A DNA stretch of 63,692 bases, the filler included, from Dehalococcoidia bacterium (GTDB lineage Bacteria; Chloroflexota; Dehalococcoidia; DSTF01; RBG-16-68-14), in NCBI GenBank assembly GCA_040882355.1. It is 4 parts of 4 records of this genome, joined end to end, with 100 filler letters (N's around TTAATTAATTAA, not from the genome) between each part and the next. Parts side by side here need not be neighbours in the genome. Positions count along the whole stretch, not along the records: positions 18,093 to 35,947 come from JBBEBM010000050.1; positions 36,048 to 53,873 come from JBBEBM010000051.1; 2 more parts are not named here. One strand, 5' to 3'. The notes below the pieces were generated by a model. That model saw only the letters and a program-made list of their open reading frames with translations. It made no database searches and had not been told where the DNA came from. The translations under genes were made by a program, and so were the position numbers. The first letter of the stretch is position 1; every line of letters begins with the position of its first letter. This document shows, piece after piece, positions 27,088 to 38,614 of the stretch.

Positions 27088-27192
27088 GAGATGCTTCGCT
27101 TCGCTCAGCATGACAACGGCGCGCGCGGAGGCCGAGGCCTAGCGTGCGGTGTGGGGGCGCCGAAAGATGCTTCGGCTTCGCTCAGCATGACA
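27088..27192. repeat. Two copies of AGATGCTTCGCTTCGCTCAGCATGACA repeat
   Basis: Copies at 27088-27115 and 27165-27192; reverse-complement copy at 48575-48601. Confidence 0.75.
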
Positions 27193-27200
27193 GTGACGTG

Positions 27201-27596
27201 TCACCGGATGCCGCTGTCGTACGGGATGCTGACTTCCGTGTACGCGCCCTCTGCCACCTCGACCTGCTGCTCGCTGGCGAAGGGCAGCGCACCTGCGTCC
27301 GGCGACTGCGGCGCCAGCGTGTACGTGCCTGGCGCGAGAGACACGCGAAAGCGTCCATCTTGGCCTGACTCCGCTGTCGTGACTTCGTCGCCCGACTCGT
27401 CCTCGATCACGATCGTCGCCTCGTAGGGCTCGTCCGGGCAGGGCCTGTCCTGGCTCACCACGGGGCACATCGGTCCGATGGTGACGGTGCCTTCGATACC
27501 GGAGTCATCGTTGCTGCCGGAGTACGAGCCGCCGTTGCAGGCGATGGCGAGCGCCGCGAGGAGTGCGAAGGCGAATGAGAGCCTAGATGTCGGCAA
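27201..27596 (-). CDS. Lipoprotein with carboxypeptidase-regulatory-like domain
   Basis: Lipobox AIAC; SGIEGTVTIGPMCPV...CPD.P; DGRFRV.L.PG.Y; YDSGIR. Confidence 0.8.
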   Translation of the reverse strand: MPTSRLSFAFALLAALAIACNGGSYSGSNDDSGIEGTVTIGPMCPVVSQDRPCPDEPYEATIVIEDESGDEVTTAESGQDGRFRVSLAPGTYTLAPQSPDAGALPFASEQQVEVAEGAYTEVSIPYDSGIR

Positions 27597-28377
27597 AGCC
27601 CGCCTCGTGGACGGGGAAGCGGAGCAGCTTGCTGGCGACGCTGGCAAAGAGCTCCGTGTCGCCGGTGGTGTAGAACTCGTACGCCGGGCTCTCGTTCTGC
27701 GCCAAGGCGTCTCGTTCGACGAGGAGCTGGCGCACGCGCCGCGCCACCGGCCGCGACGGGTCGTAGACGCGCACGCCCGGACCGAGCAGGCGCTTGATGC
27801 GGTTTCGCAGGAACGGGTAGTGCGTGCAGCCCAGCCCGACGACGTCGGCGGCGCTGCCGCGCACCGGCTCCAGGTGCCGCTCGAGCAACGCTGTCGTCTG
27901 GCGTGTACGCACCTTGCCCGATTCGACCAGGTCCTCCAGGCCATCGCAGCCGACGTTGATCACGCGCTTGTCGGGCGCGAACTCCTCGATCAGGCCCGCG
28001 AGGTACGGACTGCCCGCCGTCGCCGGCGTCGACATGACCGCGATGGTGCCGGTGCGCGTCAGCCGCGCCAGCGTCTTCACGACCGGCACGACGCCGACGA
28101 ACGGCGTCTCCGGGAACGTCTCGCGCAGGTGGCCGATGCTGTGCACCGTCGCCGTGTTGCAGGCGACGACGATCATCTTCACATCGCGGTCGAGCAGGAA
28201 GCGCGCGATGCGCTCGGTCAGATCATGTAGCTCCACCGTCGACTTCTCGCCGTAGGGCACGTGGCCGCTGTCGGCGAGGAAGATCAGGCTCTCTTGGGGG
28301 AGCAGCTTGCGCATGGCACGCCAGATCGTCAGTCCGCCCACGCCGGAGTCGAAGACGCCGATCGGCCGGTTGTCCAC
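27583..28377 (-). CDS. murI: Glutamate racemase
   Basis: PIGVFDSGVGGL, PYG.K, VACNTA, LGCTHYP. Confidence 0.93.
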   Translation of the reverse strand: MDNRPIGVFDSGVGGLTIWRAMRKLLPQESLIFLADSGHVPYGEKSTVELHDLTERIARFLLDRDVKMIVVACNTATVHSIGHLRETFPETPFVGVVPVVKTLARLTRTGTIAVMSTPATAGSPYLAGLIEEFAPDKRVINVGCDGLEDLVESGKVRTRQTTALLERHLEPVRGSAADVVGLGCTHYPFLRNRIKRLLGPGVRVYDPSRPVARRVRQLLVERDALAQNESPAYEFYTTGDTELFASVASKLLRFPVHEAGFADI

Positions 28378-28659
28378 GTCTCGATTGTCGCACAGGATGC
28401 GCCTCGGCCGCCAGGTAGCGCTCGCGCTGGTGACGAACGGGAAGTCGTCGTCGGAGAGGCGGAGCAGCGCCGTCTCGCGGCGGCTGGCGGCGCCCAGCTT
28501 GCTCAGGATCTCGCCGACGTGGTACTTGGCGCCGCCGGGGCTGATGCCCAGCCGCGCGGCGATCTCGCGATTGCTGCACCCGCGCCGGAGGAGTCGCAGC
28601 ACCTGCCACTCGCGAGGCGTGAGGATGTCGGGGTGTCGGGGGCGTCCGCGTTTCTCCAT
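28378..28659 (-). CDS. LuxR-type HTH segment in frame with murI (fusion or truncated remnant)
   Basis: GRPRHPDILTPREWQVLRLL..G.SNREIA.RLGIS...AKYHV..IL.KLG; no stop before murI. Confidence 0.6.
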
Positions 28660-28723
28660 GATGGGCACCAGCTTACGACAGGACGCGGGCGAATTACACT
28701 AGCCGGACGTTGCGCGAAGTACG

Positions 28724-28954
28724 CTAAGCATTCTCCCAGGCTGACCGAGTGATGCCAGCCTGTCGGAGAATCTCTTTCTGTAGTGAAACCGAGATATCGC
28801 TACCGTGGGGGTTGGGAATGCGCACCTTCAAGGTGCCGCGCTTCATGAAGTCGTGCCTGCCACTGGGAGTGGGGCCGTCGAATCCCAGCTTGCGGAAGCG
28901 GCGAATGAGCTCGCGGCGGGAGATAGGACCCAGGACTCTTTGGCGACGGCGCAT
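28724..28954 (-). CDS. hicA: HicA family toxin
   Basis: PISRRELIRRFRKLGFDGP..SGRH.FM.RG.LKVRIPNPH..DI....IL.QAGI. Confidence 0.85.
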   Translation of the reverse strand: MRRRQRVLGPISRRELIRRFRKLGFDGPTPSGRHDFMKRGTLKVRIPNPHGSDISVSLQKEILRQAGITRSAWENA

Positions 28955-29079
28955 GATATTACCCCATGCTGTTCGCTATCCTTCCGCAGGCAAAAGAATA
29001 GCGACAACTCCAAGTCGGGAAACGTCGCCGATCTCAACATAGACCTAGGCTAGTCTTGCGTCAAGCCTGGTGCGAGCCT

Positions 29080-29328
29080 CTAACTGACTCGCGCTGGGGT
29101 CTTCCGGCCGATGCGGATCCTATCGATCACGGGAACCTCGTCGCCGTCACGCAACTTGAGGACGAGCCAGTCTTCGAGTACTTCCTGTAGCTCTTGGCGG
29201 CAGGCTTCGAGGGTCTCGGCGTTCGCCCAGACGCCAGGCAGCCGCGGAATTTCGCCAAAATACGTTCCATCCTCCATGATCTTGTAGCGGGCGCGGGCCA
29301 TTGCGGCGTCGATGTAGGCGGTAAGCAT
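29080..29328 (-). CDS. hicB: HicB family antitoxin (short form)
   Basis: MLTAYIDAAM..A.Y...EDG.YFGEIP.LPGVWAN..TLE.C..EL.EVLEDW. Confidence 0.85.
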   Translation of the reverse strand: MLTAYIDAAMARARYKIMEDGTYFGEIPRLPGVWANAETLEACRQELQEVLEDWLVLKLRDGDEVPVIDRIRIGRKTPARVS

Positions 29329-29362
29329 GGCACACGTATTCTAGCGTGTCAGCGGAAGGAGT

Positions 29363-29393
29363 GTAGGGGGCGGGTCTCAGACCCGCCCCCTAC
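29363..29393. repeat. Perfect GTAG...CTAC palindrome (REP or terminator-like)
   Basis: gtagggggcgggtc-tca-gacccgccccctac. Confidence 0.7.
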
Positions 29394-29422
29394 CGGCGTT
29401 GTTCTTGGTGTCCAGCCGCTCT

Positions 29423-30550
29423 CTAGCTGCGGCGCACCCGGGTGACTGCGAAGCCACCAGCGGCGAGGGCGCCTGCTCCCACCAGCGCGGCGACGAGCCA
29501 GACTGGCGCGCTGGTGTTGTTCGGACCGTCTGTTCCGGCGCCGGTCTCCGGCAGCTCGACCGCGGTGGTCGAGGTGGGCGTCGCGCCGGCGATGACCTCA
29601 GTCGTGGCGGTCGGCGTCGGCACGGCCGCGATCGGGATCGGCTGCCAGTCGGGCGAGTCGTTGCCGTTGGGGTTGTTGGTGACGGCCACTTGGTTCGACC
29701 CATCCGCGTTCATGGTGAAGATCTGGCGGTTGTTGCCGCGCGTGCTGGCGAAGGCGATCATCGTGCCGTCGGGCGAGAAGACCGCACGATCATCCTCCCC
29801 GGGATCGTTTGTGAGCCGGGTCTGACCGCTGCCGTCCGCGTTCATCACGTAGACCTCGTCGTTTCCATCGCGGTCGGAAGCGAAGAGGATCTGCGATCCG
29901 TCCGGTGATACCGTTGGGTGGAAGTCACCAGCCGCGTTGTTCGTGAGATTAACCGGGTTCGACCCGTCGGGATCCATCGCGAAGGTCTCGAAGTTCCCTG
30001 CTATCTCCTTCTCGAAGATGATCCGCGAGCCGTCCGGCAGGAAGTGCGCATTGTCATCCTCGGCAGCGTCGTTCGTGAGGTTCGTCTGACCGCTACCGTC
30101 GGCGTTCATGATGAAGATGTCCAGATCGCCGGTGCGGTCGCTCTGGAAGACGATCTGCGACCCGTCCGGCGACCAGGTCGCGTCCTCGTCGCCTCCACCT
30201 GGGGCATTCGTGACGTTCGTCGCGCCGCTGCCGTCGGCGTTCATGACGTAGATCTCTCGGTCGCCGTCGCGATCCGTTGCGAAGACGATCATGCTGCCCT
30301 CCGCAGACCAGTGCGGATCGAAGTCATCGGAACTGCTGTTCGTGAGGTTGGTCTGGTTGCTGCCGTCGGGGTTCATGACGTAGACGTCGTCCTGGGAGTC
30401 GTCATTGTCAACGAAGGCGATCAGCCCGTTGCCGCCCGGCCAGGTAGCGGAGGCCGGCTTCGCCGTACCGTCCACAAAGACGCCCAGTGCGATGACGGTC
30501 GAGGCGATGCCGATGAGTGCGAAGGCTGTGGGTAGGCGCGTGCGGGTCAT
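29423..30550 (-). CDS. Secreted TolB/PD40 beta-propeller protein with LPxTG-like anchor
   Basis: Signal peptide; six I(Y/F).MNADGS.Q.NLT...W/FSPDG repeats; C-terminal LPETG, hydrophobic stretch and RVRRS. Confidence 0.88.
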   Translation of the reverse strand: MTRTRLPTAFALIGIASTVIALGVFVDGTAKPASATWPGGNGLIAFVDNDDSQDDVYVMNPDGSNQTNLTNSSSDDFDPHWSAEGSMIVFATDRDGDREIYVMNADGSGATNVTNAPGGGDEDATWSPDGSQIVFQSDRTGDLDIFIMNADGSGQTNLTNDAAEDDNAHFLPDGSRIIFEKEIAGNFETFAMDPDGSNPVNLTNNAAGDFHPTVSPDGSQILFASDRDGNDEVYVMNADGSGQTRLTNDPGEDDRAVFSPDGTMIAFASTRGNNRQIFTMNADGSNQVAVTNNPNGNDSPDWQPIPIAAVPTPTATTEVIAGATPTSTTAVELPETGAGTDGPNNTSAPVWLVAALVGAGALAAGGFAVTRVRRS

Positions 30551-30639
30551 GTCAGGTCCCTCCTTGGACTTGTCCACCATGCAGGACGCCCGAACGATAC
30601 CAGCGGGGCGGACTACGATCAATCGCGTAGGTGCTTGTC

Positions 30640-32451
<1,812 letters not shown>

Positions 32452-32455
<4 letters not shown>

Positions 32456-32943
32456 ACGCGCGCTCCTGCCGCCGCCGCGATCGCCCGCTCGACGGCGTCG
32501 ACGGGGTCGGTCGCGCGCACGATCCGCTGGTCCTCGAGCCCGGCGTTGTCGCTCAGGCGCCACGTGTCGAGGCCGACGACCGGCCGGCCGTGAACGAAGG
32601 CCATCGCGATCTCAGAGAGCGTGCCGTACCCACCGTGACCGACGGCGATGACGGCGTCCGCGCTCTGCACGATGATCAGGTTGCGCGCCGATCCGAGATT
32701 GGTCACGATTGGGAACTCGACGTGCGGGTTCGCGTCTTGCTTGTCGGGCCCTGGCAGGACACCGATGGTGTGGCCGCCGGCTTCTCGCGCGCCGCGGCAT
32801 GCCGCCTCCATCACGCCGCCGCGGCCGCCGCAGATCAGCGTATGGCCTCGGCGACCGATCTCGCGTCCAACGGCCTCGGCGTCAGCGACGACCTCCGGCA
32901 GGGCGAGCAAGCCGGCGCCGGAGCCGATGACAGCGATGATCAT
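32452..32943 (-). CDS. TIGR00725/LOG (SLOG-fold) family protein
   Basis: IAVIG, CGG.GGVMEAACRGA, ARN.IIV.S.D, GYGTLSEIA. Confidence 0.88.
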
Positions 32944-33066
32944 GGCGAAGGCATGATACGGAGCGCTGCATGGGCGGACAAGGAGACTTGCCCTGCCTCT
33001 ATCAGCCCATTGGCAGATACTGGCCGACCAGGCGCCCCGTCGAACATATCGGAGGAACCCACTTTC

Positions 33067-35346
33067 GTGCAGATCTCGCCCGCGCCGGACTCTCGGCTGC
33101 GCCGCGTTGTGGAGTTGGCAGCGGTGGCGTTCTTTGTCGCGTATGCGGCGGGTCTCGTCTGGCGGCCGGGCGAACGGTTCCTGCTCTTCCAGAGCAATGT
33201 AGTGTTCCTAGTGCCGCCGCTCGCGGCGCTGGCGCTCTCGAGCGTGGCGGTCCGGCGTAGCCGCGGCCGGGAGCGTCTCGGTTGGGCTTGCATGGCCTTG
33301 CTCCTGGTCACGTGGCAGGTCGGTGACTGGGTATATTCGTATTACGCGCTGGCGCGAGACCGCGATCCGCCGTTTCCCGGCCTTGCCGATGTCTTCTACT
33401 TCGCCGGCTATATCGCCTTCATCGCAGCCATCCCGCTGCTGACCTTCCCTGAATGGAAGTTGCGAGATCGGCGTTGGATGCTGGACGCGGCGACGCTCGC
33501 GGTTGTCGCTGGCGCGATCGGCTGGCACTATCTCATGCAACCCATCGTCGCGACGAGCGACCAGGGCTGGGCCGCCGCTGGTGTCGCGCTGGGCTACCCC
33601 GTGCTGGACTTGGCGCTGTTCGGCGCGCTCATCCTGGCCCTTTATGCCGCCAACGGCCGCTTCTCGCGACGCGCGGTGCTCTTGGCGACGGCGGCGGCCA
33701 TGCAGGTGATCACCGACGGTGTCTACTCGTACAACCTGACCACGGCAGGCTATGACAACGTAGGGAACCCGCTGGAGTTGGGCTGGATCGCCGTCTACCT
33801 CCTCATCGCTGCCAGTTTTGTCGCGCCCGACGAGCCCGTATCGGCGGAGGACGACGAGCAACTGTCGCCCTTTGGACTGGTGTTGCCCTACGTGGCTATC
33901 GCTCCGCTGGCGGCCCTTGTCAGCACCGGCGCGATCACCGGGCGCGCCTCACTCGTCCTGATCGCAGCGGCTGTTGGCGTGACGATGTTGGTGGTAGCGC
34001 GACAGTTTGTCACGCTGCGCCTGAACCTGACGAAGCTGGCTTATGCGGCGAACCATGATCGGCTTACACGCCTCCCCAACCGGCGCTGGTTCGAGGAAGA
34101 GGCGGAGCGTTACCTGACCCGGGCGCGCCGCCAGGGTGGCACGGGCGCGGTCCTGTTCATCGATCTCGATGACTTCAAGGCGGTCAACGAGACCTTCGGT
34201 CATCGGCTGGGCGATGGCGTCATCGTCGCCCTGGCGGAGGCCATTCGCGGCAGGCTGCGCGAGCCGGATCTGCTGGCCAGGCTGGAAGGCGACGAGTTCG
34301 TCGCCCTGCTGCCCGACACAGGCCAGGCTGAGGCGCTGAACGTGGCTACCCGGCTGACGCAGGCGATCGGTGGCCGCACCGTTGTCGTGGAGGGGCGACC
34401 TGTGCGGACGACGGCGAGCATCGGCATCGCGCTGGTCCCTGGGGACGGCTCGACTGCCGATGATCTTCTGACCCACGCCGGCCAGGCCCTCGACGACGCG
34501 AAACGCCAGGGCGTCGGCGGCATCGCCCTCTTCGATTCGCGCCAAGAGGCCCAGGCGCCAAGCGAAACGCGGTTGGTCTGGAAGCGACGCATTCATGAGG
34601 CGTTGGAGGAGAGCCGCTTCGTGCTCTATGCGCAGCCTGTCGTCGAGCTCGATTCCGGGCGGCTGGAAGAGCATGAGCTGTTGATCCGGATGCAGGATAC
34701 GGAAGGGCGCTTGGTGCCGCCCGATACCTTCCTGCCCGTCGCCGAACGATTCGGCCTTATCCAGCTTGTCGACCGCTGGGTCGTCCGCCGCGCGATTCAG
34801 CTCATCGCTGAGCAGCAGCGTCAGGGTAGGCGCGTGCGCTTGGCCGCCAACGTGTCGGGCAGGTCCGTCGGCGATGAGGAGCTGATGCACGCCATCCGGC
34901 GTGATCTGCGCGAAAGCGGCATCGAGCCCGCTGCCCTGGTGATCGAAATCACCGAGACTGCAACGATCACCGATATGGGCCAGGCGCTGGCCTTCGTCGA
35001 TAACCTGAAGTCACTCGGCTGCCGGTTTGCCCTGGACGATTTCGGGGCCGGCTTCTCTTCGTTTCACCAGATCAAGGACCTCCCGGTGGACTATCTGAAG
35101 ATCGACGGTAGCTTCATCCGCAACCTCCCGGATGCCCCAGTGAATCAAAGCCTGGTGCGGGCCATCGCGGAGCTGGCGCGCGGGCTGGGAAAGCAGACCA
35201 TCGCCGAGTACGTCCAGGACCAGGCGACTGTCGACCTGCTGCGCGAGCTGGGAGTCGACTTTGGTCAGGGCAACCACCTCGGCCGGCCGATCCCTGTAGA
35301 GGAGGCGCTGGCGGCGCCGGCGGGGCACGCGGCGCGAGCGGCCTAG
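33067..35346 (+). CDS. Membrane sensor GGDEF-EAL protein
   Basis: Multi-TM N-terminus; HD.LT.LPNR, DLDDFK.VN..FGH..GD, RLEGDEF; QPVV...ELLIR, EITE, DDFGAG, LKIDGSF. Confidence 0.92.
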   Translation: MQISPAPDSRLRRVVELAAVAFFVAYAAGLVWRPGERFLLFQSNVVFLVPPLAALALSSVAVRRSRGRERLGWACMALLLVTWQVGDWVYSYYALARDRDPPFPGLADVFYFAGYIAFIAAIPLLTFPEWKLRDRRWMLDAATLAVVAGAIGWHYLMQPIVATSDQGWAAAGVALGYPVLDLALFGALILALYAANGRFSRRAVLLATAAAMQVITDGVYSYNLTTAGYDNVGNPLELGWIAVYLLIAASFVAPDEPVSAEDDEQLSPFGLVLPYVAIAPLAALVSTGAITGRASLVLIAAAVGVTMLVVARQFVTLRLNLTKLAYAANHDRLTRLPNRRWFEEEAERYLTRARRQGGTGAVLFIDLDDFKAVNETFGHRLGDGVIVALAEAIRGRLREPDLLARLEGDEFVALLPDTGQAEALNVATRLTQAIGGRTVVVEGRPVRTTASIGIALVPGDGSTADDLLTHAGQALDDAKRQGVGGIALFDSRQEAQAPSETRLVWKRRIHEALEESRFVLYAQPVVELDSGRLEEHELLIRMQDTEGRLVPPDTFLPVAERFGLIQLVDRWVVRRAIQLIAEQQRQGRRVRLAANVSGRSVGDEELMHAIRRDLRESGIEPAALVIEITETATITDMGQALAFVDNLKSLGCRFALDDFGAGFSSFHQIKDLPVDYLKIDGSFIRNLPDAPVNQSLVRAIAELARGLGKQTIAEYVQDQATVDLLRELGVDFGQGNHLGRPIPVEEALAAPAGHAARAA

Positions 35347-35362
35347 TCTTGTGGCGCAGCTC

Positions 35363-35391
35363 TTGACACGGGCCCGAGGACGCGATACGGT
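35363..35391 (+). promoter_or_regulatory. rRNA promoter P1 (sigma70-type)
   Basis: TTGACA-17 nt-TACGGT upstream of 16S. Confidence 0.65.
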
Positions 35392-35457
35392 GTACAAGAA
35401 GCCAAGGAGCTTTACAACAGCAGGGGTCTTCACACGGGCCCGCGCTGCGAGCGAAGC

Positions 35458-35487
35458 TTGACAGCGCGGCGTTTTGTTGTGTAGACT
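35458..35487 (+). promoter_or_regulatory. rRNA promoter P2 (sigma70-type)
   Basis: TTGACA-18 nt-TAGACT with extended TG; boxA-like GCACCTTACCAGCTGAA at about 35514-35530. Confidence 0.65.
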
Positions 35488-35592
35488 CCTACTCGCCTCC
35501 AAAGGTGGAGGCCGCACCTTACCAGCTGAAGAACGACAGGAAGTGTACGGGGAACTCGTACAAACCTGATACCCGGACAACGGGTTTGGTTC

Positions 35593-35947
<355 letters not shown>

Positions 35948-36047
35948 NNNNNNNNNNNNNNNNNNNNNNNNNNNNNNNNNNNNNNNNNNNNTTAATTAAT
36001 TAANNNNNNNNNNNNNNNNNNNNNNNNNNNNNNNNNNNNNNNNNNNN
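35948..36047. other. Artificial contig linker
   Basis: N run with TTAATTAATTAA. Confidence 0.97.
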
Positions 36048-36049
36048 TC

Positions 36050-36334
36050 GGCTGCGACGACAGCGAGCTGACGATCCGCTGGCTGGAAGGCGACGTGAAC
36101 GGCGACTGCGCCGTGGACGTGCGCGACGAGCAACTGCTCGCCTTCCGCTGGGGCGCCAAGCTCGGCGGACTTCTCTACAACGACCGCTTCGACCTGGAGC
36201 CGTCCGGCCAGATCAACAATGACGGCGACCTCGACATCAAGGACGTCCAGTTCGTGTACGGCCGCCACGGCAGCACGTGCGCGCTGCCACACCCGCCTCA
36301 AGGGCCGCGCAACGGGAAGCTGGCAGAGCCCTAG
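36050..36334 (+). CDS. 3' fragment of a secreted protein with dockerin/EF-hand-like tail
   Basis: LEGDVNGDCAVDVRD...FDLE...DGDLDIKDVQFV.GR.G.TC. Confidence 0.75.
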   Translation, partial: GCDDSELTIRWLEGDVNGDCAVDVRDEQLLAFRWGAKLGGLLYNDRFDLEPSGQINNDGDLDIKDVQFVYGRHGSTCALPHPPQGPRNGKLAEP

Positions 36335-36478
36335 CAGGGTGCTGAAAGAGCCCAAGAACCAATGTCATTCGTTCCCACCCGCCCGCCCAGGGGAGTATTG
36401 GTGAATCTGGAGGGACAGCCCCCAGACCCCCCCCGGCATGGGGCGCTGCCTCCTGCACCCCCGTTTTTCAGCACCCTG
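36335..36478. mobile_element. Complete 144-bp MITE with 13-bp TIRs flanked by CTAG
   Basis: CTAG|CAGGGTGCTGAAA ... TTTCAGCACCCTG|CTAG with internal hairpins; no ORF. Confidence 0.85.
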
Positions 36479-36505
36479 CTAGCGTTCGCGTCCCGCGAGC
36501 AACAG

Positions 36506-36536
36506 CAGGACGGCTTCCTGGTAGGGAGCCGTCCTG
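36506..36536. terminator. Strong hairpin between convergent genes
   Basis: caggacggcttcc-tggta-gggagccgtcctg; no U-tract. Confidence 0.5.
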
Positions 36537-36557
36537 GCGATCCGCGCCGCCCGAGCG

Positions 36558-37003
36558 TTAGCCGAGCGCGGCGATCGCTTCGTTGTGGTCCCGTGCCTCG
36601 ATGGCCGAGTTGTGCTGCACATAGCGGGCGATGCCATCAGCGTCGATCACCACCGTGAGCCGTTCGGCGATAGCGAACTGCTCGTTCCAGCAGCCGTAGA
36701 GGGTGGCCACTTCACCCTTCGGATCGGAGAGCAGGGAGTGCTTCAGGCCATCGCGCTCGATGAACGCCTTGTGCGCCCAGGTGCTGTCGCGGCTGATGCC
36801 GAAGACCTTCGCGCCCCGCACCTCGAAGCCCGAGAAGTTGTCGCGGATGCCGCAGAGCTCGTTCGTGCACATCGGTGAGAAGTCGGCGGGGTAGAAGACG
36901 AGCACACCGGCGAGCCTCGCAGCGACGAGAGAGCGACCTGCTGGTTGTTCTCGTCGCGGAGGGTGAAGTCCGGCGCCTCCTGTCCGACCTGTACCTTCGC
37001 CAT
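36558..37003 (-). pseudogene. Peroxiredoxin (AhpC/TSA, AhpE/BCP-like) with a single-base frameshift near 36905
   Basis: Frame 1 VGQEAPDFTLRD...LRGSPV continues in another frame as VLVFYPADFSPMCTNELC; one G is missing in CCG GTG (G)TG CTC. Confidence 0.8.
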
Positions 37004-37070
37004 GGTTCGATGACCTCCTGTCTATCGTACGCGCGTAGAGATACGAGCGGATTGTAGCAGGTAGGTCGCG

Positions 37071-38504
37071 TCAGGCGGCGGCTTCGGCTTGTTGGGTGAC
37101 GTACGAGTGGATCGCCTTCGCCGCCCGGCGCGCATCGGCGAGCGCGGTGACGACGAGGTCCGCCCCGTTCACGCAGTCGCCGCCGGCGAAGACGCCCGGC
37201 CGGCTCGTCTCACCAGTGTCGTGGTTCACGGCGACCAAGTCGCGGTCGTGACGGACGTCCGCCCGCTCGACCAGCGCCTCGTCAGCCTTGTAGCCGATTG
37301 CGATCACCACCATGTTCGCTTCCACGACGAACTCCTCGCCCGTCGGCACCGGCCGGCGCCGCCCGCTCTCGTCCGGCTCGCCCAGCGTCATCCGCCCGAA
37401 GTGCACGCGAGCGACGCGGCCGTCGTCGCCCGCCTCGAACCGAAGCGGCGTTGCCAGGTACTCGAAGCGGACGCCCTCCTCGCGGGCGTGGACACGCTCT
37501 TCGGCACGGCCCTGCTGCTCCGCTTCGGTGCGCCGGTAACAGCACGTCACTTCGCTTGCGCCCAGGCGCACCGCCGTTCGCACGCAGTCCATCGACGTGT
37601 CACCACCGCCGATGACGAGCACTCGCTGGCCCGCATCGAGCGGCTCGCGCATCGATTGCGGGAGCTGCTCCGGCTGTAGATTGCCGCGCACGAGGAACTC
37701 CGTGGCGACGATCACCCCGGGCAGGCCGGCGCCCGGCGTGTCGATCTCGTTGCCCAGGCTTGCGCCGTGGCCCAGGAAGACCGCGTGGTAGCCCTGCGAG
37801 AACAGCTCATCGATGGTGATGTCGCGCCCGACGTCCGTGTCGCAGACGAACTCGATGCCGAGCTTTCGCAGGTAGGCGATCTTCTCGTCGAGGATGCGCT
37901 TCTCCATCTTGAAGCTCGGGATGCCGTAGAGCAAAACGCCGCCAGGCTCGGGCCAGTTGTCGAAGACCGTGATCGCGTGGCCACGCTTCGCCAGCTCTTC
38001 GGCGACGGCGAGGCCGGCCGGCCCCGCGCCAACCACAGCGACGCGCCGGCCGGTGCGCGGCGGTAGATCGCAGACCTCGTAGCCGCCGTGCGCTCGATAC
38101 TCGTCGGCGACGAACGCCTCCAGCCGGCCAATGGCGACCGGCGCCGCGTTCTTGCCCACGACGCAGTGCCCTTCGCAGAGGCGCTCCTGCGGACAGAGCC
38201 GGCCGCACATCTCGGGCAGGTTGCTCGTCTCGTAGAAGACCTCAGCCGCGCCGATCACGTCGCCCTGCTCCAGCTTCCAGAACGCGCCCGGGATGTCGTT
38301 CTCCACGGGGCAAGCCCTCACACAAGGCGCCGCCGGGCACTGGATGCAGCGCATCGCCTCCACCTTCGCCACTTCGACGTTGATCGGGAGGTAGACCTCG
38401 TTCCAGTTGTGGATGCGGACCTTCGGGTCCTGCTTCGGCAGCGGCTGGCGCGGGATCTGGAGGCGCGCCTTCCGGTCGATGTCAAGCGATGCGCGGTCAG
38501 CCAA
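37071..38504 (-). CDS. GltD/NfnB-like NAD(P)H-dependent Fe-S flavoprotein
   Basis: RCIQC..APC..ACP, CGRLCPQE.LCE..C, VGAGPAGL, GGGDT.MDC, GGD; TTG start after AGGAAGGA; no gltB adjacent. Confidence 0.88.
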   Translation of the reverse strand: MADRASLDIDRKARLQIPRQPLPKQDPKVRIHNWNEVYLPINVEVAKVEAMRCIQCPAAPCVRACPVENDIPGAFWKLEQGDVIGAAEVFYETSNLPEMCGRLCPQERLCEGHCVVGKNAAPVAIGRLEAFVADEYRAHGGYEVCDLPPRTGRRVAVVGAGPAGLAVAEELAKRGHAITVFDNWPEPGGVLLYGIPSFKMEKRILDEKIAYLRKLGIEFVCDTDVGRDITIDELFSQGYHAVFLGHGASLGNEIDTPGAGLPGVIVATEFLVRGNLQPEQLPQSMREPLDAGQRVLVIGGGDTSMDCVRTAVRLGASEVTCCYRRTEAEQQGRAEERVHAREEGVRFEYLATPLRFEAGDDGRVARVHFGRMTLGEPDESGRRRPVPTGEEFVVEANMVVIAIGYKADEALVERADVRHDRDLVAVNHDTGETSRPGVFAGGDCVNGADLVVTALADARRAAKAIHSYVTQQAEAAA

Positions 38505-38614
38505 CGGTCGTCCTTCCTGCGATATGCGAGCCATCTAGTGAGTTATCGACCGCTCACGCCCTCAGGTTACCGGCAGCAGCGCCGGGTGGACAAGGAAGCT
38601 GGCGGGGGATGGGC

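Noticed and set aside
28955..29079. Third gene between hicB and hicA
   Set aside because: Only short frames without a credible start or motif
37071..38504. Glutamate synthase operon
   Set aside because: No large-subunit gltB nearby; GltD-like proteins often have other partners, so no gene symbol was assigned
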